Positions 36,057-45,119 of a DNA stretch of 64,000 nt are shown in pieces. The DNA comes from Chloroflexi bacterium UBA5189 (GTDB lineage: Bacteria > Chloroflexota > Limnocylindria > Limnocylindrales > CSP1-4). A program made the translations under genes and the position numbers. The DNA is taken from positions 91,354 through 155,353 of the forward strand of contig DHWF01000026.1 in assembly GCA_002413045.1 (NCBI GenBank), given 5' to 3'. How positions within the stretch are numbered: the stretch's first letter is position 1; each line of letters begins with the position of its first letter. The notes beneath the pieces are model-generated. The model had not been told where the DNA came from, ran no database searches, and saw nothing but the letters and a program-made list of their open reading frames with translations.

Positions 36057-36893
36057 TCAGACGAGCAGTCCCGCGCCGAAGTACAGCCCGGCGGCGAGGA
36101 TCGTGCCGGCCGCGATCGTGCCGACGTTGATGTACAGCAGCCCGGTTGCCGATTCCATCGATCGCGATCGCGCGGTCTGGACGGCCGCCCAGCTCACCAC
36201 GAGCGGGAAGACGATCCCGACGAGCAGGCGCAGCCAGACGAACAGCGCCCACGGCCCGACCAGAGCCGCGAAGGCGGGCGTTCCCGATGGACCCGCCCCC
36301 AGGCCGATCCAGGCGACGAACAGCCCGACCTGGATGGCTAGGGCGACCCCGAGCCAGCGCGCGAATCGAACGAGCGGCGCCTCGGGCAGCCGTGGCGTCA
36401 CCAGATACCAGTGGCCGAGGATCATCGCGGCCCACACGCCGCCGAGCACGGCCGAGAGCCCCGCCAGCTCCACCAGGAGCAGCACGCTGCCCAGTCCGCC
36501 GCCACCCCATGACAGGGCGCCGGTAACCAGGACCAGCCCGGCGGCCGTCAGCCCGGCGACGGCGAGTGGCGCGGCCCGTCGACCGCGCAGGAGCGCAATG
36601 CCGTAGATCGCGGCGATGATCGGCAGGGCGAGCAGCGCGAGGCGCCGCAGCGGATCCCAGCCGGGATCCGCGTGGAGCGCGAGCGCCGGTAGCAGGGCGG
36701 GCAGGCTGCTGTCGGTGAGGCCCGCCAGCAGCGCGAACGCGGCCGCGCTGAACGCGGTGAAGGCGAGGTAGCCGCGCGTGGCGTCGGTGCGGAATCGACC
36801 GGCGACGACGGCCGCGAAGGAGCCCACGCCGAGGGCCGTCAGGACGGTCCAGTTGATGAAGGCGAGACTCTCGGCGATCCGCTCCGCGGGCAC
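36057..36893 (-). CDS. hypothetical polytopic membrane protein (start uncertain)
   Basis: Long high-GC3 ORF with 7 or more TM segments. Upstream in-frame starts would overlap the divergent MBL gene, so GTG 36893 was chosen as the most upstream start that avoids that overlap. Confidence 0.4.
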   Translation of the reverse strand: MPAERIAESLAFINWTVLTALGVGSFAAVVAGRFRTDATRGYLAFTAFSAAAFALLAGLTDSSLPALLPALALHADPGWDPLRRLALLALPIIAAIYGIALLRGRRAAPLAVAGLTAAGLVLVTGALSWGGGGLGSVLLLVELAGLSAVLGGVWAAMILGHWYLVTPRLPEAPLVRFARWLGVALAIQVGLFVAWIGLGAGPSGTPAFAALVGPWALFVWLRLLVGIVFPLVVSWAAVQTARSRSMESATGLLYINVGTIAAGTILAAGLYFGAGLLV

Positions 36894-36960
36894 GTCGGCG
36901 AGTGTAGCCGCGGCATCTCCGGCGATCGCTGGGTACGATGCGCGCGGAGGTGCCGCTGCG

Positions 36961-37692
36961 ATGGAATCCACCGGTTCGACGTCGATCACCTGGTACGGCC
37001 ACGCCTGCATCGAGCTCGTGACGCCGGGCGGCAAGACGGTCCTGTTCGATCCGTGGTTCGGCAACCCGTCCAGCCCGCGGGCGCCGGAGACGGTCGATCG
37101 ATGTGACCTGATGCTCGTGAGCCACGGGCATGCCGACCACGTCGGGAACGCCATCCAGATCGCCAGCCGTACGCGCCCGGTCTGGCCGGCCATGCACGAG
37201 CTGACCCTCTGGCTGAGCAGCAACTACTCGGAGCCCGAGGCGCTGATCGGCATGAACAAGGGCGGCACCGTGGAGGCGTGCGGCCTGCGCGTGACGATGA
37301 CGTCCGCCGATCACTCCGCCGGCGACTGGGACGCCGCCACCATCATGCCGCGCTACCTCGGCGAGCCGGCCGGCTTCGTCGTCGAGCTGGAGGACCAGAG
37401 CCGGATCTACTTCGCCGGCGACACGAACGTGTTCGGCGACATGCGCCTGATCCGGGAGCTGTACGAGCCGGATCTCGCGATCCTGCCGATCGGCGGCCAC
37501 TACACGATGGGCCCGCGCGAGGCCGCGCTCGCCGTCGAGCTGCTCGGCGTGCAGGAGGTCCTGCCGATCCACTACGGCACCTTCCCCGCCCTCGCCGGGA
37601 CGCCGGATCAGCTCCGCGACGAGCTCGCGGCGCGCAATCTCGGCGACGTCCGGGTCCACGCGCTGCAGCCCGGCGGGACGCTCCGGCGCTGA
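36961..37692 (+). CDS. UPF0173 metal-dependent hydrolase (MBL fold)
   Basis: WYGHACIEL...LFDPWF...LVSHGHADH. GGAGGTG lies 9 nt upstream of the ATG. Confidence 0.8.
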   Translation: MESTGSTSITWYGHACIELVTPGGKTVLFDPWFGNPSSPRAPETVDRCDLMLVSHGHADHVGNAIQIASRTRPVWPAMHELTLWLSSNYSEPEALIGMNKGGTVEACGLRVTMTSADHSAGDWDAATIMPRYLGEPAGFVVELEDQSRIYFAGDTNVFGDMRLIRELYEPDLAILPIGGHYTMGPREAALAVELLGVQEVLPIHYGTFPALAGTPDQLRDELAARNLGDVRVHALQPGGTLRR

Positions 37693-37825
37693 TCGGCGCC
37701 TGATCAGGAGCGCCTGATCAGGCGCGCACGTGACCCGAGCGTCCGGGTGTGCGCGGGACGAACGGGTAGGTGCGCGCGCGCCACACCTCGGGCCTGATGG
37801 GAGCGCTAGCTCGCTCCGAGGTCGC

Positions 37826-40300
37826 ATGCACCCCGAACCGCCGCATCACGACGTCCTGCGGGACCCGATCCTCGACGGCCGCGATAGCCTGCGGCTCGTC
37901 AAGCTTCGACTCGGGCTGACCCTGATCGCGGTCGCCGTCCTGCCGATCGCCGCGGTCTCGCCCCTCGTCCGCGCCGTGGCCGAGGAGGCCCGGGCCGCCC
38001 ATCACGATCGGCTCGCCGATCAGGCGTCCACGGCCTCGATCGAGGTGCGGCGCGAGCTGACCCTCCTGCAGACGGCGGAGCTGGCGATGCTCGCCGACCC
38101 CCTGATCATCGCCGCCACCAGCCCGACCGCGACCTCGACCGACCACCAGCGCGCCAGCATCCGCCTCCAGGAGCTTGGCGCGGACAAGGGCAGCCCGGTC
38201 CTGTCCGCAACCCTCCTGACCGCGGGCGGTTCGCAGGCCCAGTTCGGCACCCCGATCGACCTCAAGTCCCTGCCGCCCGGCGTCATGCTCGCCGGCCTCG
38301 CCGCGGTGCCCACGACCATGAGCAGCGGCAACGCCCAGATCCTCGTGGTCCAGACGGACGGGGACGCGAAGGCGCCGCGGACCATCGTGACCGCCGTTTC
38401 GGTGCAGGGACTGCTGACCGTCGCCACGCCGCCGGTCGACCTGCCCGGCCGCGTGTTGCGCATGACCGATGCCACCGGCTCGGTGATCGCGGAGGCCGAC
38501 GGGCCGTTCGATCCGAGCGCCCTGCCGGGCGAGATCCTCGATATCGCCACGATGGCCGCCCACGACTCGGACGGCCGCTCGACCGCCGACCTGCCCGGCA
38601 TCACCGGTTGGCAAGTCGTCGTCTCGGCGCCGATCCCGCTCGTCGCGATGCCGATCCAGGCCCTCGGCGCCCTCGGGGCGATGCTGTTGCTCCTGGTCTT
38701 CTTCACCACGTGGATGGCGCGCCAGATCCTGCGGCCCGCGGCCCAGCTGGAAGCATCGCGGTCTCGCCTCCGCGAGCTGTACGAGAGCGCCCGCGAGGCG
38801 GCCCTGCGCGACAGCCTCACCGGCCTCGGGAACCACCGCGCCTTCCAGGAGGCCGTCGCCCGGATGATCGAGGGCGCCCGCCGCTACGGGACCGCGTTCT
38901 CGCTGGTCCTGATCGACATCGACGAGTTCAAGCGGATCAACGACACCCGCGGCCACGCGGTCGGCGACCAGCTTTTGATGGAGGTCGGCAACCTGATCAA
39001 CGCCACGATCCGCAACACGGATGCGGCATTCCGGGTGGGTGGTGACGAGTTCGCGCTGCTCCTCCCGCATACCGACGCCGGCGGCGCGATCATCCTCGCC
39101 CGCCGCCTCCTGGCCCGCGGCCTCGAGGACCGCGTCCACGGCCAATACCGTGCGCCGATCTCGTTCTCGGCCGGCGTCACCGCCTGCCCCGAGTTCGGCC
39201 AGACGCGGCTCGAGGTCACCGCGCAGGCGGACGCGGCGCTCTACCGAGGAAAGCGCACCGGCCGCACCGTGGTCACGATGTACGACGCCGAGAAGGATCA
39301 CGGCCACGTCGACGAGGGCATGCGCGCCGAGCTGTCAGCGGCGATCAGCGCGGTCATCGAGGCGGGCACGCTCACGCCGGTCTACCAGCCGATCATCGAC
39401 CTGACCACCGGCCGGGTCATGGGCTACGAGGGCCTCGTCCGCGTCCCGAAGGAATCGACCTTCGCGCACGCCGGCGCCCTGTTCGATGCCGCGGAGGTCG
39501 CCGGCCGCGTCGACGACCTCGATCGCGCCGCCCTGGACGTGGTGCTGCGCGGCGCCCGCGGCCTCGACGAGTCCGTCACGCTCAGCGTCAACGTCTCGCC
39601 GCGCACGCTCGAGTCGCCGCAGTTCAGCGCCACGACCTTCCTGTCGATCATCCGCCGGCACGGCATGCCGCCCGGCCGGATCGTCCTGGAGCTCACCGAG
39701 CGCGAGGCCATCCGCGACCCGGAACGCCTCCGCGCGGCCCTGCTGGGCGTGCAGAACGCCGGGGTCCGCGTCGCCGCCGACGACGTCGGTGCCGGCAACG
39801 CCGGGCTGCGCCTGCTCAGCCAGTTCCGGTTCGACGTCGTCAAGATCGACCTGTCGCTCGTCCAGCGGGCCGGCGAGGGTCACGACAAGACCCACTCCGT
39901 TTTGCGCTCGATCGTGGAGATGGCCGACCGGCTGGGTGCAACCACGATCGCCGAGGGTGTCGAGACGTCCGCCCAGCTCCGCACCGCACGTCGGCTCGGG
40001 ATCACCGCGGGCCAGGGCTACCTGCTGGGCCGCCCGGGCGCGGATCGCGACCTGCCGTGGGTGGACATCGCAGCGCTGGAACAGCGCGACGACATCCCGA
40101 TCTCGGTGATGGCGGAGCTGCCCGACTACCGCGCCGCGCCCGCACCCCGTGCCGCGCCCACGCCCCCGCCACTGCCCGCCTGGAGGACGGATCCGGAACC
40201 GGCCGACAACGGCGTGGTCCACGTTCCCGACGGGCCGTTCGCGACGGCGCGCCGCCGGTCGCTGTCGTTCCTGCGCGCCGGTCGCCAGTCGGAGGAGTAG
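37826..40300 (+). CDS. membrane-anchored GGDEF-EAL diguanylate cyclase/phosphodiesterase with N-terminal sensor region
   Basis: An N-terminal TM is followed by an extracytoplasmic region and a second TM. The GGDEF variant is RVGGDEFALL. The EAL domain has YQPIIDL...ELTERE...DDVGAGNAGL. The ORF-track start at 37730 is an over-extension. Confidence 0.85.
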   Translation: MHPEPPHHDVLRDPILDGRDSLRLVKLRLGLTLIAVAVLPIAAVSPLVRAVAEEARAAHHDRLADQASTASIEVRRELTLLQTAELAMLADPLIIAATSPTATSTDHQRASIRLQELGADKGSPVLSATLLTAGGSQAQFGTPIDLKSLPPGVMLAGLAAVPTTMSSGNAQILVVQTDGDAKAPRTIVTAVSVQGLLTVATPPVDLPGRVLRMTDATGSVIAEADGPFDPSALPGEILDIATMAAHDSDGRSTADLPGITGWQVVVSAPIPLVAMPIQALGALGAMLLLLVFFTTWMARQILRPAAQLEASRSRLRELYESAREAALRDSLTGLGNHRAFQEAVARMIEGARRYGTAFSLVLIDIDEFKRINDTRGHAVGDQLLMEVGNLINATIRNTDAAFRVGGDEFALLLPHTDAGGAIILARRLLARGLEDRVHGQYRAPISFSAGVTACPEFGQTRLEVTAQADAALYRGKRTGRTVVTMYDAEKDHGHVDEGMRAELSAAISAVIEAGTLTPVYQPIIDLTTGRVMGYEGLVRVPKESTFAHAGALFDAAEVAGRVDDLDRAALDVVLRGARGLDESVTLSVNVSPRTLESPQFSATTFLSIIRRHGMPPGRIVLELTEREAIRDPERLRAALLGVQNAGVRVAADDVGAGNAGLRLLSQFRFDVVKIDLSLVQRAGEGHDKTHSVLRSIVEMADRLGATTIAEGVETSAQLRTARRLGITAGQGYLLGRPGADRDLPWVDIAALEQRDDIPISVMAELPDYRAAPAPRAAPTPPPLPAWRTDPEPADNGVVHVPDGPFATARRRSLSFLRAGRQSEE

Positions 40301-40309
40301 CGCGGAGCC

Positions 40310-42016
40310 TCAGACGAGATCGGCCAGCGCTCCGAGTCGCTCGGTGAGCCGCACGTTCTCCGCGTAGTCGATCGGGACGTCGATCACCGACGGCCCGGGC
40401 AGCTCGAGCGCGCGCATCAGGGTCGGGTACAGCTCGTCGGCGCTGTCCGCGCGGAAGCCCGGGATCCCGAACGACCGCGCGAAGTCCACGAAGTCCGGGT
40501 TGCCGAACTCGACCGCGTACGGCCGCCCGAACGCGTTGCGCTGCTTCCAGTCGATCAGCCCGTAGCCGTTGTCGCGCCAGATCACGACGACGACCCCGGC
40601 CCCGATCCGCTTGGCCGTCTCGAGCTCCTGCGCGTTCATGAGGAAGCCGCCATCGCCGCAGAGGGCCACGACCTTCCGATCCGGGTGGACGAGCTTCGCC
40701 GCGATCGCGCCGGGCAGCGCGATGCCCATCGAGGCGAACCCGTTCGAGATGATGACCGTGTTCGGCTCGTAGGCCTGGTACAGCCGGGCGACCCAGACCT
40801 TGTGCGCGCCGACGTCGCTGACGACGATGTCGTCCGGCCCGAGCGCGCGTCGCAGGTCGTAGATGGCGCGCTGCGGCGTGATCGGGTAGCCGTCGTTCGA
40901 CTCGCCCGCCTGGAGGTCCGCGAGGAGCGCCGTCCGGAGGTCGGCGTGGACGAGGGTCTCCCGGGATTCGTGGCGCTGCGTCGCGCTCCGGCCGCCGACG
41001 CCACCCGGGAGGGTCGCGGCGAGGAGTTCCTCGAGCGCGCCCCCGATGTCGCCGATCAGCTCGATCTCCGGCTGGTAGTCGGCGTCGACCTCGGCGGGCT
41101 GGGTGTCGATGTGGATGATTCGCTTCGTCCCGTCCGGGTTCCAGGACGCGGGCGCGTACTCGACGAGGTCGTAGCCGACGGCGATCACGAGGTCGGCTCG
41201 ATCGAAGCCGGTCAGGACGTGATCGCGGGCCTGGAGGCCGACCGCCATCAGCGACAGGTGCGACCGATCGTCGATCGCGCCCTTGCCCATGAACGTCGCC
41301 GCGACGGGCACGTGCAGCCCCTTCGCCAGTGCACGCAGCTGGTCCGATGCCCGGCGCCGGAGCACCCCGTTGCCGGCGAGGACGATCGGGCGCTGGGCGC
41401 CGTTGATCAGCCGCGCGGCATGCGCGATCGCGTCGTGGCTCGGCTCCGGGAAGTAGGGCTTGCCGGGCACCAGCGGGCGAATCGGATCGTCGGCGGCGAG
41501 CGCGGTGCCGGCGATGTTCTCCGGGAGCTCGACATGCGTCGGTCCGGGCTTCGAGAGCGTCGCGACCCGGAAGGCCTTGCGCATGATTTCGGGGATGACG
41601 GCCGTCCGCTCGATCCTGGCGTTCCACTTCGTGACCGGCTTGAACATGTCGACGACGTCGACGACCTGGTGGGCTTCCTTGTGGAGCTTCTCCGACGACG
41701 CCTGCCCCGTGATCGCGACGACCGGCGCCCGATCGAGATAGGCGTCGGCGATGCCGGTCAGGAGGTTCGTCGCGCCGGGCCCGAGGGTGGCCATCGCGAC
41801 GGCGGCGCGGCCGGTCAGCCGCCCGTAGACGTCCGCCATGAACGCGGCGCCCTGCTCGTGGCGCGTCGTGATGTGGCGGATCGCCTCGCTCCGCGACAGC
41901 GACTCGAGCATGTCCAGCGTCTCTTCGCCGGGCACCGAGAACACGTACTCGCAGCGCTCCGCCTCGAGGCACGCGACGAGCAGGTCGGCCGCCGTTCGTG
42001 TCCTTCGCTCCGCCAC
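40310..42016 (-). CDS. thiamine-pyrophosphate enzyme, acetolactate synthase (AlsS-like, catabolic type)
   Basis: The TPP N-terminal domain (RHEQGAAFMADVYGRLTG) and TPP-binding motif (GDGGFLMNAQELETA) are present. The gene is convergent with the GGDEF-EAL gene, with a 9-nt gap. Confidence 0.8.
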   Translation of the reverse strand: MAERRTRTAADLLVACLEAERCEYVFSVPGEETLDMLESLSRSEAIRHITTRHEQGAAFMADVYGRLTGRAAVAMATLGPGATNLLTGIADAYLDRAPVVAITGQASSEKLHKEAHQVVDVVDMFKPVTKWNARIERTAVIPEIMRKAFRVATLSKPGPTHVELPENIAGTALAADDPIRPLVPGKPYFPEPSHDAIAHAARLINGAQRPIVLAGNGVLRRRASDQLRALAKGLHVPVAATFMGKGAIDDRSHLSLMAVGLQARDHVLTGFDRADLVIAVGYDLVEYAPASWNPDGTKRIIHIDTQPAEVDADYQPEIELIGDIGGALEELLAATLPGGVGGRSATQRHESRETLVHADLRTALLADLQAGESNDGYPITPQRAIYDLRRALGPDDIVVSDVGAHKVWVARLYQAYEPNTVIISNGFASMGIALPGAIAAKLVHPDRKVVALCGDGGFLMNAQELETAKRIGAGVVVVIWRDNGYGLIDWKQRNAFGRPYAVEFGNPDFVDFARSFGIPGFRADSADELYPTLMRALELPGPSVIDVPIDYAENVRLTERLGALADLV

Positions 42017-42046
42017 GTTGCGAGTGTACCGACTGACCTCGTCCGG

Positions 42047-42316
42047 TCAGCCGCCGGTCAGCGTCCTGCGCCGGCGGTCGAACTCCTCTTCGTCGATCTC
42101 GCCCTTGGCGTAGCGGTGCCGGAGGACCTCGAGGGGGTCCATCGTTGCCGGCGGCGGTGGAACCTGGCCGCGGCGGTCCGCGCGGATGAGCCAGCGGATC
42201 CCGAGGACCAGCGCTGTGATGATCAGGCCCCAGAAGACGATCACGATCAGGAATCCGAAGAGCGACATCAGCCCGAAGCCTCCAGCGAAGTCGATGTTCA
42301 ACCTCCGGCCCTCCAA
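42047..42316 (-). CDS. SHOCT-domain membrane protein
   Basis: A TM segment is followed by C-terminal LEVLRHRYAKGEIDEEEFDRRRRTL, the SHOCT signature. Confidence 0.55.
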   Translation of the reverse strand: MEGRRLNIDFAGGFGLMSLFGFLIVIVFWGLIITALVLGIRWLIRADRRGQVPPPPATMDPLEVLRHRYAKGEIDEEEFDRRRRTLTGG

Positions 42317-42382
42317 CGGTGCGGATCGGATCGGCGTCTGCAGCGTGACGCCTGCCGCCGCCAGGCGCGAGTGCCGATCGGC

Positions 42383-43825
42383 CTACTGCGGCTGGGCGAC
42401 GACCATCAGCTTGAGCTCGGTCATGTCCTCGATCGACCAGCGCAGGCCCTCTCGGCCGAGGCCCGAGTCCTTGACCCCGCCGTACGGCATGTGGTCGACC
42501 CGGTAGCTGGAGATGTCGTTCATCACGACACCGCCGACCTCGAGCTCGTTGAACGCCTGCCAGGCATGTGCGAGGTCGTTCGTGAAGACGCCCGTCTGGA
42601 GGCCGAAGTCGCTGTCGTTGACCTCGGCGATGGCCTCGTCGAAGTCGGAGAACGTGAACAGGACGACGAGCGGGGCGAAGGCCTCGTTGCTGCAGACCTG
42701 GGCGCTCGCGGGCACGTTCGCGAGGACGGTCGGCTCGAAGAAGGCGCCGCTCGCCTTGCCGCCCGCCAGGACCTCGCCGCCGGCCGCGACGGCTTCATCG
42801 ACCCAGCGCTGCGTCCGCACGGCGTTCGCCTGGTCGACCAGCGGGCCGAGGTCTGTCGTGGGGTCGAGCGGATCGCCGACCTTGAGGCGCGCGACGCCGG
42901 CGACGAGCTGCTCGCGGAACGCGTCCGCGACCGCCTCGTGGACGAAGATGCGCTGCACGCTGATGCACGACTGGCCGGCGTAGCTGAAGCCGCCCACGAG
43001 GATCCGCTTCACGGCCCAGGCGACATCGGCGGTCTTGTCGATGATGACCGCGGCGTTGCCGCCGAGCTCCAGCACGACCTTCTTCTTGCCGGCCCGCTCC
43101 TTCATCCGCCAGCCCACGGCCGGGCTGCCGGTGAAGGTCAGGAGCTTGAAGCGCGGGTCGGAGACCATCCGGTCGCCCAGCTCGCGGGTCATCGGCAGGA
43201 CGCTCACGCTGCCCGCCGGCAGGCCGGCCGCGTCGATGATCTCGGCGACGGTGAGGATCGTCAGCGGATCCTTGGTGGCCGGCTTCAGGACGATCGAACA
43301 GCCGGCGGCGATCGCGGGGGCGATCTTGTGCGCCGCCAGGTTGAGCGGGAAGTTGAACGGGCTGATGCCGGCGACGGGTCCGATCGGGAACCGCCGGGTG
43401 ACGCCGAACCGACCACGCGACGCGGCCACCAGGTCGAGCGGGATCACCTCGCCGACCATCCGCTCCGCCTCCTCGGCGGCAAGGCGGAACGTGAAGACCG
43501 ACCGATCGACCTCGGTCAGGGCATCGCGGATGGGCTTGCCCGCCTCCAGGCTCAGGATCCGGCCGAGCTCCTCGCGGCGGTCCTTGATCCCTGCACTGAT
43601 CTCGCGCAGGGCGCGGCTCCGCTCGTACACCGGCAGCGCGCGCGTCTCGCGGAAGGCCGCCACGGCGGCGGTCACCGCCTCCTCGTATTGCGCCTCGGTC
43701 GCGGCGTAGGTCGCTCCGGCCGGCGCGTTCGGGTCGGCGGGGTTGTCGACCTCGAGGAGGTCGGGTGAATCGACCCACTTGCCGGCGAGGTAGATCAGGT
43801 GTGGCTTCGTGGCTGTGAGGGTCAT
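42383..43825 (-). CDS. NAD(P)-dependent aldehyde dehydrogenase
   Basis: The catalytic region ELGGNAAVII and Cys motif SYAGQSCISV are present. Similarity extends over the full 480 aa. Confidence 0.85.
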   Translation of the reverse strand: MTLTATKPHLIYLAGKWVDSPDLLEVDNPADPNAPAGATYAATEAQYEEAVTAAVAAFRETRALPVYERSRALREISAGIKDRREELGRILSLEAGKPIRDALTEVDRSVFTFRLAAEEAERMVGEVIPLDLVAASRGRFGVTRRFPIGPVAGISPFNFPLNLAAHKIAPAIAAGCSIVLKPATKDPLTILTVAEIIDAAGLPAGSVSVLPMTRELGDRMVSDPRFKLLTFTGSPAVGWRMKERAGKKKVVLELGGNAAVIIDKTADVAWAVKRILVGGFSYAGQSCISVQRIFVHEAVADAFREQLVAGVARLKVGDPLDPTTDLGPLVDQANAVRTQRWVDEAVAAGGEVLAGGKASGAFFEPTVLANVPASAQVCSNEAFAPLVVLFTFSDFDEAIAEVNDSDFGLQTGVFTNDLAHAWQAFNELEVGGVVMNDISSYRVDHMPYGGVKDSGLGREGLRWSIEDMTELKLMVVAQPQ

Positions 43826-44006
43826 GGATAGCTCCGTTTGGTTTCGTTTCGGCCATCGTACCGCCTGGCCCCGCCGCGCCCCGTCGCCAGCGGCGGTGGG
43901 GCCGTGAAATCACGGTTCCTGAGGTCGAGATGTAGGGAAACACCCGTAGCCGGGTTGCCTCCGCCGGCCGTAGCGTGGGCCCATCGATCGGGGCAGAGGA
44001 GGCACG

Positions 44007-45104
44007 ATGCGCGACGGGTCACGAGGTTGGTCGGTCGAGCATGTGCGCGTGACACCGGTGTGTGCCCTGCTCCTCGCGCTCGTCCTGACGCTGTTCCTCA
44101 ATGTGGCGCCGCACCGGGCCAGCGCCGCCGGCCTGAACTGCGCCGACCCGTTTGTGTGTTACACGCTGACGATCAAGCTCGTTGGCGATGGCAGCGGCAC
44201 GGTCCTGTCGTACGACGGGCACATCGAGTGCTTCCTCGTAACCGATCCCTCGGCCCCGAGCACGTGCAGCTATCAGTACCGCACGCTGTTGACCACGCCG
44301 AACATCGGCGTGGTCCTCGACTCAATCGTGGATGGTGGGAGCCGGACCTGCTTCGTCTCCAAATCGGATAGCGCCGCCTACGCCGACGCGCCGATTCCCG
44401 CGCCCGGCGATTGCACGGACTATCGGCTGGACCCCGCGTACACGACCAACCTGCCCGCTCTCGAGCTCGCCCTCAGCGGCAATGCAACCGTGGAGTACGC
44501 GTTCGACGCGAAACATCTGAGCCTCGAGGTATTCAAGACAGGGGCGGGCAAGGGCATCGTGAAGAGCAGCCCCACCGGCATCAACTGCGGCGCCGTCTGC
44601 ACGGCCACATTCGCCTACGGGCGCGAGGTCAGCCTGACCGCGACGGCGAGCCCGGGCTCGGTCTTCAGCGGCTGGTCGGGCGCCTGCGCCGGCCAGCGCG
44701 CGACCTGCACGGTCGCCATCGTCCATGACACCGCGACTGCGGCAACGTTCGGCCTCGCTGCGGCGAGCCCAAACGCAAGCGTTCGGCCGACTGCCCGCGG
44801 TTCCGGGGCGCCGCCACCAACCACACCGGCCAGCGCGGTGACGCTCGCAACGCCGAGCGCACAGCCCGAGTCCAGCGCGTCATCGACCGCGTGGACCTCG
44901 TCCCCGGAGAGCGGCGCTCCGCCACGCCCAAGCCCAAGCGCGTTCGGCGGCGGCGCGCCGGTCGGCGTGACTTCGCCCGTCGACATGACCCCAATCGGCA
45001 TTGGCATTGGCATCGCCGGTCTGCTGATCGCACTGGCGATCGTCGCGGCCGGGATAGCCGCCCGCCGAGCGGGCGCACGCGCTGGCGGCAAGGGCCCACG
45101 CTGA
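44007..45104 (+). CDS. secreted/cell-surface protein with bacterial repeat (InlB B-repeat-like) domains and C-terminal TM anchor
   Basis: GAGGAGG lies 5 nt upstream of the ATG. A signal peptide is present. The repeated motif GWSGACAGQRATCTV, a Pro/Ser-rich linker and a terminal TM (GIGIGIAGLLIALAIVAAGIAA) followed by basic residues are present. Confidence 0.55.
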   Translation: MRDGSRGWSVEHVRVTPVCALLLALVLTLFLNVAPHRASAAGLNCADPFVCYTLTIKLVGDGSGTVLSYDGHIECFLVTDPSAPSTCSYQYRTLLTTPNIGVVLDSIVDGGSRTCFVSKSDSAAYADAPIPAPGDCTDYRLDPAYTTNLPALELALSGNATVEYAFDAKHLSLEVFKTGAGKGIVKSSPTGINCGAVCTATFAYGREVSLTATASPGSVFSGWSGACAGQRATCTVAIVHDTATAATFGLAAASPNASVRPTARGSGAPPPTTPASAVTLATPSAQPESSASSTAWTSSPESGAPPRPSPSAFGGGAPVGVTSPVDMTPIGIGIGIAGLLIALAIVAAGIAARRAGARAGGKGPR

Positions 45105-45119
45105 GAGGGATCGCGAAGG

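Noticed and set aside
40685-43768. 1027-aa plus-strand ORF spanning the ALS, SHOCT and ALDH loci
   Set aside because: Antisense shadow with Arg/Asp/Gly-rich composition. The real genes on the minus strand have strong homology.
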